NCBI GenBank assembly: GCA_033762295.1
Contig: JANRLW010000071.1
Span: 8,378-72,377 of the forward strand
DNA: 64,000 bases
Source of the DNA: Capsulimonadales bacterium
GTDB lineage: Bacteria; Armatimonadota; Armatimonadia; Armatimonadales; Armatimonadaceae
Direction: 5' to 3'
Numbering within the stretch: position 1 is the first letter of the stretch; each line of letters opens with the position of its first letter. This document shows positions 17,679 to 27,122 of this stretch, piece by piece. The position numbers and the translations under genes were made by a program. The notes below the pieces were generated by a model. It had not been told where the DNA came from. It saw only the letters and a program-made list of their open reading frames with translations, and made no database searches.

Positions 17679-19139
17679 CTAATGGGTCGCTGATGGGTCG
17701 CTGACGGTTCGGCCCGCATCGACGGATGCCGTGGGTTCGGCGGGCGCGATCGGTGCGACCGGCGCGGAGCCGACCGCTACATCCCAATCCTTCTGAAATC
17801 GCTGCCGCGCCTCCTCCTCGGACGCTCCCTGCGACGACAGTTCCGCCAGACGATCCCGCTCGCTCAGCATCAGGGCCGTCACGTACGCCCGGACGTCCGC
17901 GACATGGGTCAGAAATCCGGTCAGTAGTTCCTCGCCACGAAGCCGACCGTTTCCGAACTGTTCCAGCGCTTCCGCTTTGATTTCGCTCAGGCGGTGACGC
18001 AAATACAGAAGCTCGCCCAGGTCCGGCGTAGCCTTTTCCTCCTCGGCCATCGCCGCTTTCTCCACCTTCGCCACTTCCTGCATGTACAGTTCCATTCCGT
18101 GGTACCGACGGCGGACGGCCCAGCGCCAGAGCAGGTACCCCCCGACCAGCAGAGACGCGATCAGATTTCGCAGACTATCGAGTCCCTGCATATCGTCGGA
18201 AGTGAAGGCGGGATGATTCCGGTGCAAAAAATCGGTCGCGCCGCGATGGATCGGCATCTCCGGGGACCGCAGAAGCGTCTCTTCCGCGATTTCCGGAAGG
18301 TTGGCGCGATGCAGGAAGGTCGGCGAGCGCAACGCCTCGAGTGTTCTTCGCACCGCTTCGGGCGCGACCCGGTCCGCCGCCACCAGCAGCAGGCGATTGC
18401 CCACGGTCGGAACGGTGTTTTCGGGAACGGGCGGTACCGCGCCGTAGGCGAACGCGGGCACGGTCGTCGGCACGATCGCGATGTCCCGAAGATTCAGCGC
18501 TTCTCCGTAGGGGAGAGGAAGAAATCGGTAGCCATGGCGGCGGATCAGTTTTTCCGCGACCGGGGACGGCAGGGTGGAAACCAGGAAGATCGCCTCCGGC
18601 AACGCTCCGGGGGAGAGCGCGTCCAGTTGTACGTACGGCCGGTTCTCCTCGACGAAATCCCGTCCCGCCTCCATCCCGAGGAAGGTCAGCACCCGTTTCG
18701 ACAGACGGCGCGTGCCGCTCTCCGGAGTGCTCAGATTCAGCCGCCTTCCCCGCAATCCGAGCAAACCCTTTCCGACGAACGCCGGCTTCACCAGCAGATG
18801 GAGCGGTTCGACCGTCAGCATCGCCACCTGTTTCACACCGGGGACCGGTTCCTGCCCGCCCTGTATCAACGCCAGGTCCAGGTCGCCGCTTTTCAGCCGC
18901 TTCATCGCCTCGCCCGACCCCATGGTTTCGCGGACCGTGAGTCGGACCCCCTTCGATAACGCCTCCTCCGCCAGCAACGATGCCAGTTGATGGCGTCGTC
19001 CGAGGGTGTCGCCGCCGGTGATTCGCAGCGAATAGGTGCGCGGGCGGAGCAGCGAGACGGCGAAGAACAGAATCACCCCGACGACAACGGCGAAAGCGAA
19101 GACCGTGCGCAGGCGAACGCCGCGAAACAGGGTCGGCAT
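17679..19139 (-). CDS. TAXI-family solute-binding protein with N- and C-terminal TM helices
   Basis: ETMGSGE, DLALIQGG, EPLHLLV, ESGT, PIHRGA. Second TM LIASLLVGGYLLWRW followed by a helical tail. Confidence 0.75.
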   Translation of the reverse strand: MPTLFRGVRLRTVFAFAVVVGVILFFAVSLLRPRTYSLRITGGDTLGRRHQLASLLAEEALSKGVRLTVRETMGSGEAMKRLKSGDLDLALIQGGQEPVPGVKQVAMLTVEPLHLLVKPAFVGKGLLGLRGRRLNLSTPESGTRRLSKRVLTFLGMEAGRDFVEENRPYVQLDALSPGALPEAIFLVSTLPSPVAEKLIRRHGYRFLPLPYGEALNLRDIAIVPTTVPAFAYGAVPPVPENTVPTVGNRLLLVAADRVAPEAVRRTLEALRSPTFLHRANLPEIAEETLLRSPEMPIHRGATDFLHRNHPAFTSDDMQGLDSLRNLIASLLVGGYLLWRWAVRRRYHGMELYMQEVAKVEKAAMAEEEKATPDLGELLYLRHRLSEIKAEALEQFGNGRLRGEELLTGFLTHVADVRAYVTALMLSERDRLAELSSQGASEEEARQRFQKDWDVAVGSAPVAPIAPAEPTASVDAGRTVSDPSATH

Positions 19140-19142
19140 GGT

Positions 19143-19871
19143 TCACTCCCCGGAGGCTTCGGTCGGCACCGGCGCGGCGGCATGCGGTTCGTTCAGATAA
19201 TCGATGCCCGGTTCGACCTCGGAACCGCGCAGGTGCGCATCATCATTATAGCGATCCAGGACCCAGCGCGCCCGATCATGACGGACGATCTGTTTCCAGA
19301 CCGTCAGGGAGGTATTGCGGGTATCGAACCCGGTGGCCGGAACGGAGAACGGATGCAGACCGAAGAAATGGAAAAAGGAGGCATCCACCACGCCGCCATG
19401 ACAGACGATCACGATCCGTTTTCCGGCGTGCGCCTCCAGAATCCGCACCAGGGCGGAATGGACCCGGAGCATGAAGACGGCCCAGCTTTCCCCGCCCGGA
19501 TCGGTCGGCGTGAACGGATAACGCTCCATATCGATCCACCCGAAACGCTTCTTGTACTCCGCCAGCGGCAGTCCGTCGCCCTCCGGCCCGGTCCGGAACT
19601 CCTGAAGGTCGTCGTCGGCTACCGGCGGCACGTCGAAAACCGGAGCCAGAATTTCGGCGGTCTGTCGGGCGCGTGGCAGACTGCTTGTCAGGAAAACATC
19701 CGCCGTCAGCTCGCCGGAGGTTCGCAGTCGGTCGCGCAATCGCTCGGCCTGTCGAACCCCGAGCGGGGTCAGACCGCGATCCCCCTTCATACCGCCAATC
19801 ACCGGCTCGATATTGACGATCGCCTGTCCGTGTCGGATCAAAGTCAGAGAAGTCAGGTCATTGCGGTTCAT
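19143..19871 (-). CDS. histidine phosphatase family protein
   Basis: RHG, SSLPRARQTA, GGES, VCHGG, YNDDAHL. Confidence 0.9.
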   Translation of the reverse strand: MNRNDLTSLTLIRHGQAIVNIEPVIGGMKGDRGLTPLGVRQAERLRDRLRTSGELTADVFLTSSLPRARQTAEILAPVFDVPPVADDDLQEFRTGPEGDGLPLAEYKKRFGWIDMERYPFTPTDPGGESWAVFMLRVHSALVRILEAHAGKRIVIVCHGGVVDASFFHFFGLHPFSVPATGFDTRNTSLTVWKQIVRHDRARWVLDRYNDDAHLRGSEVEPGIDYLNEPHAAAPVPTEASGE

Positions 19872-20069
19872 GGTTTACCTTGGACGTAAATCCGTCGAGT
19901 TTATGTAGTTTCAACAAACCAATATTACTTCTACTAAGTATTCCTGACATGATACAAAAATAAATTTCTTAGCAAATTGCCTATATTTTATGTGAAAAAG
20001 ACGTCACCTCGTGGCAGTATCATACCGGAAATCAATCCAAAACGTTCGACTACCTCTCAGGAGCATTTT

Positions 20070-20429
20070 ATGTCCAACAACACTCGTCGCGCATTCACTC
20101 TCGTCGAAATCATGATCGTCGTTCTCGTCATCGGTATCCTGCTGGCGATCGCCGTTCCGAACTTTGTCAAGGCTCGCGAAACCTCCCGCGCCAATGCCTG
20201 CATCACCAACCTGAAGCAGATCAACTCGGCCAAGCAGCAGTGGGCCATGGACAACAAGAAGAACGGCTCTGACAGCCCGGTCATGACCGACCTGGTCGGC
20301 GTCACCGCCACCGCGGGCTACCTGCAGAGCACCCCGACCTGCCCGTCCAGCGGTTCCTACACCATCGGCAACATCGATACGCTGCCGACCTGCAGCATCA
20401 CCGCCCCGATCGCGCACAAGATCCCGTAG
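20070..20429 (+). CDS. type IV pilin-like protein 1 (119 aa)
   Basis: Class III signal RRA|FTLVEIMIVV, AVP, SD AGGAG. Confidence 0.9.
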   Translation: MSNNTRRAFTLVEIMIVVLVIGILLAIAVPNFVKARETSRANACITNLKQINSAKQQWAMDNKKNGSDSPVMTDLVGVTATAGYLQSTPTCPSSGSYTIGNIDTLPTCSITAPIAHKIP

Positions 20430-20558
20430 GCCGGTACCCACCCGAACCGGCGTTCGGGGTTCGTTCCCGCCCCTTGTCCCTCCGCTCCGGCGCTCCTTTC
20501 GCCCGCGGCCGGGGGGACGGGGGCTTTCGTTTAACCCATTCGACAAAGGAGGCACCTC

Positions 20559-20918
20559 ATGTCCGGCAAACGTCGCCTGGGCTTCACATTGATCGAACTC
20601 ATGATCGTAATCCTGATCCTCGCCATACTGATCGGGATGGCATCCACCAACATGATCCGCGCACGCGCCACCGCCGCCGCGACCTCCTGTATCGCCAACC
20701 TCAAACAGATCACGACCGCCAAGGAGCAGTGGGCGATGGAGAATCGCAAAACCGCAACGGACACCGTTACCCTGGCCGACCTGACCACCGGGCCGGAGAA
20801 CGCCCGGTATCTTCACGGTTCCGTCACCTGCCCGTCCGGCGGCAACTACACCATCGGCAACGTCGATACGCTACCGACCTGCAGCATCACCACCCCGATC
20901 CCGCACGTACTGCCCTGA
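20559..20918 (+). CDS. type IV pilin-like protein 2 (119 aa)
   Basis: RRLG|FTLIELMIV, SD AAGGAGG. Paralog of its neighbours. Confidence 0.9.
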   Translation: MSGKRRLGFTLIELMIVILILAILIGMASTNMIRARATAAATSCIANLKQITTAKEQWAMENRKTATDTVTLADLTTGPENARYLHGSVTCPSGGNYTIGNVDTLPTCSITTPIPHVLP

Positions 20919-21091
20919 CGAATACCGCCCCCTTCGGTTCTCCGCCGATCGCCTCAACAAAGGCTGTCTGTAAGGATGTATATTAAATTCAGGCAGAAAA
21001 GAAAAAAAGGTTGAAAAAATATGTTAAAGGCGTCAACAGGTGTGGCAAGACGAATACGGAAATCAATCCACCCTTACAGGAGAATCGAATC

Positions 21092-21451
21092 ATGTCGAAC
21101 AACGCCCGACGCGCCTTTACGCTCATCGAAATCATGATTGTCGTTCTGATCATCGGCATTCTGCTGGCGATCGCCGTTCCGAACTTCGTCAAGGCCCGCG
21201 AGTCCTCCCGCGCTCGCGCCTGCATCTCCAACCTGAAGCAGATCAACTCGTCCAAGCAGCAGTGGGCCATGGACAACAAGAAGAACGGCGCCGACACCCC
21301 GGCCATGGCCGACCTGGTCGGAACCACCGCCGCCGCCGGTTATATGCAGAGCACCCCGACCTGCCCGTCCAGCGGTTCCTACACCATCGGCAACCTGGAC
21401 ACCCTGCCGACCTGCAGCGTCACCGCCCCGATCGCTCACGTTCTGCCGTAG
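21092..21451 (+). CDS. type IV pilin-like protein 3 (119 aa)
   Basis: RRA|FTLIEIMIVV, SD AGGAG. 101/119 residues identical to pilin 1 by hand alignment. Confidence 0.9.
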   Translation: MSNNARRAFTLIEIMIVVLIIGILLAIAVPNFVKARESSRARACISNLKQINSSKQQWAMDNKKNGADTPAMADLVGTTAAAGYMQSTPTCPSSGSYTIGNLDTLPTCSVTAPIAHVLP

Positions 21452-21478
21452 TCGATCTTTTTCACGTCATCGAAAGAC

Positions 21479-21506
21479 AGCGGGGAAACAAAGGCGTTTC
21501 CCCGCT
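21479..21506. terminator. hairpin terminator between pilin 3 and the NUDIX gene
   Basis: AGCGGGGAAAC-AAAGGC-GTTTCCCCGCT. Confidence 0.65.
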
Positions 21507-21509
21507 TCG

Positions 21510-22028
21510 CTATTTTTGCCCGTCCGTAAACGACGCGAGCGACATTCCCCGCGCCAGATGCGCCTTCTCCCGCCAGGCATACATAAAAACCGCCGCCAGC
21601 AGGTCGTCCCACGAAAAATAGAGCGCGGCGATATCCTCCGCATTCGCCAGTTGACGTCCACGGGACTCGTGTTCCACCGGGACCTCCGTCAGTCCCTGAA
21701 CCGTCGCGATAAACGTCGGAGCGTGCCGAACGCCGCCCGAAGTCGTCTCCGTCAGGATGAAGTAGCCGATATACCGGACCTCTCCCAGGATCGCTCCGGC
21801 CTCCTCCATCGCTTCCCGCCGCACCGCCGCCTCCGCGGTCTCTCCCGATTCGATGTGGCCGCTCGGAATACACCAGCCCCGGGTCACGATATCCGCGAGT
21901 ACGACCCGGTCCCCGTAAAAGGGAAACACCAGCGCCGCCGGGGCGGGAATGTCCGTCACGGGCGGCTCGGACGATGCCACGAAGGTCGCCCACTCCCGCT
22001 TCCAGCGAACCGTCGGAAAGGAGATCAC
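21510..22028 (-). CDS. NUDIX hydrolase
   Basis: Nudix box GHIESGETAEAAVRREAMEEAG. GTG start overlaps the upstream TGA (GTGA). Confidence 0.88.
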   Translation of the reverse strand: MISFPTVRWKREWATFVASSEPPVTDIPAPAALVFPFYGDRVVLADIVTRGWCIPSGHIESGETAEAAVRREAMEEAGAILGEVRYIGYFILTETTSGGVRHAPTFIATVQGLTEVPVEHESRGRQLANAEDIAALYFSWDDLLAAVFMYAWREKAHLARGMSLASFTDGQK

Positions 22029-22273
22029 TCGTTCCCATCCACTTTCAACAGATCCTGTCGGTTCCGGGCATACAGTTCGATCCGGCCGCAATCGGTGCAG
22101 ACACGGGCCGCAATCTGTGAGGTGGTATAGGGGATCACCCCTAGAAAGCCGTCGGGCTTTCCGGCAACGACGATGGTTGCTTCCAGGTTTCCCGCCTTCA
22201 ATACCCCCTGCGCCAACTCGCCTCCGCAGGCCGCGCATCGCTTCGTCTTTTCCGCGCTTTTTCCTTCCGCCAT
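22025..22273 (-). CDS. small zinc-ribbon protein (82 aa)
   Basis: CAACGG ... CTDCG pairs. Translationally coupled to the NUDIX gene. Confidence 0.7.
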   Translation of the reverse strand: MAEGKSAEKTKRCAACGGELAQGVLKAGNLEATIVVAGKPDGFLGVIPYTTSQIAARVCTDCGRIELYARNRQDLLKVDGNE

Positions 22274-22330
22274 CCCCGAATTCTTCCCTTCGAAGCGATG
22301 ATAACCCCCCACGTCCGGCTTGTCAATGCG

Positions 22331-23197
22331 CTACCGGCGCGGGTGGGCCGCCCGGTAGGCCGCCCGGAGACGGTCCGATGCGACATGCGTATAGATCTGT
22401 GTGGTGGTTATCCGGGCATGCCCGAGCATCTCCTGGATAGCCCGCAGGTCGCTGCCCCGGTTCAACAGGTGAGTGGCGAAGGAGTGACGGAGCCAGTGCG
22501 GCGACGGACGGTTCGGCAACCCGGCCAGATCGGCATAGCGTTTGATCCGTCGCCAGACCAGACCGCGCCCCATCGGTTTGCCACCCTGCATAAACACGAA
22601 GTCCCGCGGCCCGGTCCCCGCTCCTTTTTCCCGTCGGTATTCGCTCAGCCGCTCCAGGGTTGGTCGCGCCACCGGAACCACCCGCTGCTTGCCGCCCTTT
22701 CCCGAAACGCGCAGTCGCCCGTGACGGTCGTCCAGATCCGCCCACCGAACATGGACCGCTTCCGACACCCGGAGGCCGCAGGCATACATCAATTCGAGAA
22801 TCAGTCCGTCCCGGCGCGCCCGCACGGTCGTCCTTCCGGGAGCGTCGAGGAGACGACGGACCTCGTCCACGGTCAGAAAGTGCGGCAGTTTGCGCCCGGT
22901 CCTCGTCCGCGCATCCACCCCGGCGACCGGGTTTTCGTCCATTATTCCTTCGCGTTCAAGGAATCGACAGAACGACGACAGCGCCGCCCGTTTCCGCGCG
23001 ACCGTGGCGGTCGACATCTTTCTCACGATTCGCAGTTCGGTCAGGTACGCCTCGATGGCTCCGACAGTCAGTTGTCCGCTCTCGGTCAGCCAGTGACGGA
23101 GGTCGCTTCGATAGGCCGACAGCGTATTCTCCGAGAGGCCACGTTCACCGCGCAGATGCGACAGAAACTCGGACAGGCGCGTCTCGACGTCCGCCAT
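22331..23197 (-). CDS. xerD: tyrosine recombinase XerD-like
   Basis: ERGLSENTLSAYRSDL, GLRVSE, GKGGKQR, HWLRHSFATH, LGH, TQIYTHV. Confidence 0.88.
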   Translation of the reverse strand: MADVETRLSEFLSHLRGERGLSENTLSAYRSDLRHWLTESGQLTVGAIEAYLTELRIVRKMSTATVARKRAALSSFCRFLEREGIMDENPVAGVDARTRTGRKLPHFLTVDEVRRLLDAPGRTTVRARRDGLILELMYACGLRVSEAVHVRWADLDDRHGRLRVSGKGGKQRVVPVARPTLERLSEYRREKGAGTGPRDFVFMQGGKPMGRGLVWRRIKRYADLAGLPNRPSPHWLRHSFATHLLNRGSDLRAIQEMLGHARITTTQIYTHVASDRLRAAYRAAHPRR

Positions 23198-24027
23198 TAT
23201 CGTTCCCCCGATGGCCGCGCGTCCGGGAACGGGTCCTCAATCACGATCGATCGGCCGGATTTTCGCGCGATGAACGCCGCCACCTCCGCCTGGCGCTCCT
23301 TCGGCGGCGCGGCCACCGAACGGAACATATCCCAGACGTCGCCGTTCGCAAACGTCACCTTAAAGGAAGGATTGCGTACCGGTCGGCCATTCGGCGCACG
23401 AAAGGAAACGACATTCGTCACCGCCGTGACTTCCTTCCAGGGGTAGCGAGTGACGCCGAGCGAAGCGTACCGATTGAGTGCGATCCCCTGCTCCGAAACG
23501 ACCGTATACGAATCCAGGGTCAGCGGCAGTGTGATGGCGACGACGATCAGTAGGCTAATCATCAGTCCCTTGCCCACCTTCCGCATATCCAAGCCCGCTG
23601 ACTGCCTCCGGTAGAGGTTCGCGGCCCGAATGGCATCATACAACTGATACTCCCGGAATTTTTCCGGTCCCATCCATCGTTCGAGCAACCGTTCCAGGGG
23701 GAACGCCGGCAGCGCGAGACCGAGGAAAAGCGCGTAAAGAGAGCGAACGGGATCGCCCGGTTGGAAGAGGTAAACCCCGTCCAACCCGGCCGAAATCAGG
23801 CTCGACAGGCCGCGCAGGACGAAAAAGATCAGCAGGCCGCACGGAACGGCAGCCGCGACGTACAGTCCGATGGCTTTCCGCTCCCAGGGGCGATACTCGG
23901 CTTCCAGTCGTTCGACCGAGACATCGGGGGGTATTTCGATGCGCAGCGTCCGAATCCGGCTGAGTCCGAAAAAGATAAGCGGGACAAGAACGGCCGCCGA
24001 TACGCCACCGATCACTCCGGAATCCAT
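23197..24027 (-). CDS. hypothetical membrane protein
   Basis: About four hydrophobic segments. Stop overlaps the xerD start. Confidence 0.65.
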   Translation of the reverse strand: MDSGVIGGVSAAVLVPLIFFGLSRIRTLRIEIPPDVSVERLEAEYRPWERKAIGLYVAAAVPCGLLIFFVLRGLSSLISAGLDGVYLFQPGDPVRSLYALFLGLALPAFPLERLLERWMGPEKFREYQLYDAIRAANLYRRQSAGLDMRKVGKGLMISLLIVVAITLPLTLDSYTVVSEQGIALNRYASLGVTRYPWKEVTAVTNVVSFRAPNGRPVRNPSFKVTFANGDVWDMFRSVAAPPKERQAEVAAFIARKSGRSIVIEDPFPDARPSGER

Positions 24028-24089
24028 CGGGTTCCTCCTGAACGTTTACGGACGGTCGGACCCGACGTTACTCCGTCTCCTTCAATGAA

Positions 24090-24120
24090 GCGGCCCGCCT
24101 TCAAAACGAAGGCGGGCCGC
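24090..24120 (-). terminator. hairpin downstream of ftsZ
   Basis: Perfect 13-bp stem GCGGCCCGCCTTC/GAAGGCGGGCCGC. Confidence 0.7.
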
Positions 24121-24142
24121 CGCAAGGGAGAATCCCGGACGC

Positions 24143-25213
24143 TTAGCGGCGTCGGAGGAACGCGGGAATATCGATATCGTTGTTCGCCGGGACACGGGCA
24201 GGTTCCGGCTCGGACTTCTCCTTCGCCGATCCGGAGAACGGCAGATCGGTCTTCCGGGTCGGACGGCTGTCAAATCCGGTCGCCAGAACGGTGATGCGGA
24301 CCGCCCCTTGCAGGCGCGGATCGACGACCGTACCGAAGATGATGTTGGCATCCTCGGCGTCGGTGCCCTCGCGGATCAGATCGGCGGCCTCATAAACCTC
24401 GGACAGCGTCAGGTCCGGTCCGGCGGTGACGTTGACGAGGACGGCGCGCGCCCCGGAGATATCGGTTTCGAGGAGCGGGGACGAAATGGCCGCCTGCGCC
24501 GCTTCCACGGCGCGATGATCGCCGTCGGCGAAGCCGATCCCCATCAGCGCGGAACCCGCGTCGCTCATGACCGCCTTGACGTCGGCGAAGTCGACGTTGA
24601 TCAGACCGGGGATCGTGATGATGTCGGAGATGCCCGCGACGCCCTGTCGAAGCACATCGTCCGCTTCCTTGAACGCCTCGATCAGGGTCGCTTTCTTTTC
24701 AACGACGTGCAGGAGCCGATCGTTCGGGATGACGATGACCGTATCGACATGGTCCTTCAGGTTATCGATGCCGTCCTCGGCCAACCGTGCCCGGCGCGGT
24801 CCCTCGAACCGGAACGGCTTGGTGACGACCGCAACCGTCAGAATGCCCGCATCCTTGGCGATTTCGGCGATGACCGGGGCCGCGCCCGTACCGGTCCCAC
24901 CGCCCATACCGGCGGTCACGAAGACCATATCGGCGCCTTCAAGGGCCTTTTTGATGTCCGATTTGCTCTCTTCGGCGGACGCGCGACCGATCTCAGGGTT
25001 ACCGCCCGCTCCCAACCCCTTGGTCAGGTTTTCGCCCAGCTGCAGGGTGTTATCGGCAAGCGACGTTTTCAGCACCTGGATATCGGTGTTCATCGCCCAG
25101 AAATCGACGCCGGACAGCCCGGCTTCGATCATGCGATTTACGGCGTTCGTTCCGCCACCCCCCACACCGACGACTTTAATTCGCGCAAACGGTTCTACTG
25201 GATTTGCGGCCAT
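24143..25213 (-). CDS. ftsZ: cell division protein FtsZ
   Basis: GVGGGG, GGGTGTG tubulin signature, INVDFADV, C-terminal DIPAFLR. Confidence 0.99.
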   Translation of the reverse strand: MAANPVEPFARIKVVGVGGGGTNAVNRMIEAGLSGVDFWAMNTDIQVLKTSLADNTLQLGENLTKGLGAGGNPEIGRASAEESKSDIKKALEGADMVFVTAGMGGGTGTGAAPVIAEIAKDAGILTVAVVTKPFRFEGPRRARLAEDGIDNLKDHVDTVIVIPNDRLLHVVEKKATLIEAFKEADDVLRQGVAGISDIITIPGLINVDFADVKAVMSDAGSALMGIGFADGDHRAVEAAQAAISSPLLETDISGARAVLVNVTAGPDLTLSEVYEAADLIREGTDAEDANIIFGTVVDPRLQGAVRITVLATGFDSRPTRKTDLPFSGSAKEKSEPEPARVPANNDIDIPAFLRRR

Positions 25214-25441
25214 ATACCCACGTTCCCCCTGAAGATGCCAACGGTCCTGGCGTCTGCAATCTCATCAACGCCGCCTGACGACGACGGGAAATCGGCATTT
25301 TTATGAACACCACCAGATATGGCGATGTCGTTCCATTATCTTAGCATATATAGTAGGTTTTGCGAATCGCAAAATCATTAATTGCCGAACTTTCTACTAA
25401 TTTTTTGTCGGTAACCGTGCGCGCCCGTAACGCTTCCGTCC

Positions 25442-26683
25442 TCACTTCCGCCCGACGCTCAGACGGATTCGCCGCAGCCAGCCGAGGAGGGCGCCCAGCA
25501 ACCCGCTCTCGGTCTCTCGCCGGACGATACCGGTCTGCAAACGCCCTCCCCAGAGCACCAGGCCGACCGAAGTGGCGAACGTCGGAGAGTTCACCGCTTC
25601 GGAAAGACCGCCGACCCCTCCGGGGTAGCCGACCCGGACCGGCATACCAGTGATATCCCGCCCCAGTTCCCGCATGCCTCCGAGCATGGCGCCGCCACCG
25701 GAAAGAACCATGCCCGCCGGCAAGACGGAGGCGAACTCCGACCGGGCCAGTTCTCGCCGTACGAGTTGGAACGTCTCCGTCGCCCGAGGCTCGATGATCG
25801 ATGCCAGGGTCAGGACCGTCTCGGTGACCTCCTCGCCGGTACCCAGCAGGGTATACCGGAAGGTCGCATCCGGAGACACCGACTTGGCGCGCGTGGTGCC
25901 GTGGGCCAGTTTGACCCGTTCCGCCTCCTCCGGAGACATTCGCAACCCGGCGGCGATATCGCGCGTGACATAGTGCCCGCCGACCGGAACGACCACCGAA
26001 TAACAGATATCCCCGTTCCGAAAGACGGCGACATCGGCCGTTCCACCGCCGATATCGACCAGAACGACGCCCATCTCCTTTTCGGCGTCCGCCAGCACGG
26101 CATCCGCCGTCGCCAGCGGTTCCAGTACCAGGTCCTCGACATGCAGGTGGGCGCGTTCGACACAGGTGACGACGTTGCGTAGGAACGAGGTGGCTCCGGT
26201 GACGATATGCGTCTCCACTTCCAGCCGGGTTCCGCTCATCCCGACCGGGCTGCGAATCCCGTTCTGCCCGTCGATCGCGTACCCACGCGGGATGGCGTGA
26301 ACGATCTCCCGGTCCGGCGGCAGGACGATCACCTTGCTGCTCTCAACGACCCGCGTCACGTCGTCGGGAGTCACCTCCCGGTCGGTATGGGTGATCGCGA
26401 TGACCCCACGGGAGTTCAGCGAGGCAATATGTTCACCGGTAACGCCGACGATGACGGCGTGGATCTCCACCCCCGCCATGCGCTGCGCTTTCCCGATCGC
26501 GTCCTCGATGGCGCGAACCGTCTGTTCGATATCGACCACCACCCCGCGGCGAATGCCGGTCGAGGCGGCGACGCCGACCCCCAAGATATCGACGCGTCCC
26601 GTCTCGCTCGTCACTTCGGCGACGAGCGCGCAGACTTTGGTCGTTCCGATATCGAGACCAACAACGATGTCGCCTTTCGCCAT
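25442..26683 (-). CDS. ftsA: cell division protein FtsA
   Basis: GLDIGTTKV, PVGMSGTRLE, VDIGGGT, C-terminal amphipathic helix. Confidence 0.98.
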   Translation of the reverse strand: MAKGDIVVGLDIGTTKVCALVAEVTSETGRVDILGVGVAASTGIRRGVVVDIEQTVRAIEDAIGKAQRMAGVEIHAVIVGVTGEHIASLNSRGVIAITHTDREVTPDDVTRVVESSKVIVLPPDREIVHAIPRGYAIDGQNGIRSPVGMSGTRLEVETHIVTGATSFLRNVVTCVERAHLHVEDLVLEPLATADAVLADAEKEMGVVLVDIGGGTADVAVFRNGDICYSVVVPVGGHYVTRDIAAGLRMSPEEAERVKLAHGTTRAKSVSPDATFRYTLLGTGEEVTETVLTLASIIEPRATETFQLVRRELARSEFASVLPAGMVLSGGGAMLGGMRELGRDITGMPVRVGYPGGVGGLSEAVNSPTFATSVGLVLWGGRLQTGIVRRETESGLLGALLGWLRRIRLSVGRK

Positions 26684-26722
26684 GATTCCGGGCTCAGAAC
26701 GGCACGGTACGAGACCGACCGC

Positions 26723-27097
26723 CTAAGCCTCCTTTCTCGCCGCCAGTTGCCGCTGTGTCAGGTAGTACCGTCGGATCAGGGAAAGGTTCAGGAAAACGCG
26801 CCCGCCGAGAAGCACGACCGCCGCCAGAAACAGGTCGACCCCGATACGGTCTCCCAGGTAGGCCAGAAACGCGGCAATCAGTGTGTTGATGGCAAACCCG
26901 GAAAGGAAGATGTCGTCCGCGAACTTCCCCTCAAGCCCGGCGCGATACCCGCCGCAGACGGCATCGACGCCTGCCAGCGCGGCCAGGCTGAGATACGGTC
27001 CCAGAAACGGAGGGACGGTCAACTGGGTGAAATAGACGCTGAGGAATCCGACGATCAGGCCGACAATCGGCAGTGCGAGCATACGCCTGGATAACAT
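26723..27097 (-). CDS. sbp: small basic protein Sbp (DUF1290)
   Basis: YLSLAALAGVDAVCGG...F..GF..N...YLGDRIGVDL...GRVF.NL..IRR. Position just before ftsA. Confidence 0.85.
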   Translation of the reverse strand: MLSRRMLALPIVGLIVGFLSVYFTQLTVPPFLGPYLSLAALAGVDAVCGGYRAGLEGKFADDIFLSGFAINTLIAAFLAYLGDRIGVDLFLAAVVLLGGRVFLNLSLIRRYYLTQRQLAARKEA

Positions 27098-27122
27098 CTC
27101 CCAACCTTCCTTACTTCCGAAC

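Noticed and set aside
19971..21029. XerD-arm-like sequences TTATGTGAAAA (19988) and ATATGTTAAAG (21019) as dif sites near xerD
   Set aside because: No XerC-type arm at the 6-bp spacing. They are better explained as part of the duplicated pilin promoter.
20070..23197. Recombinase-driven pilin shufflon
   Set aside because: All three pilins are complete, co-oriented and have their own SD. No inverted recombination sites were seen, and the recombinase looks like housekeeping XerD.
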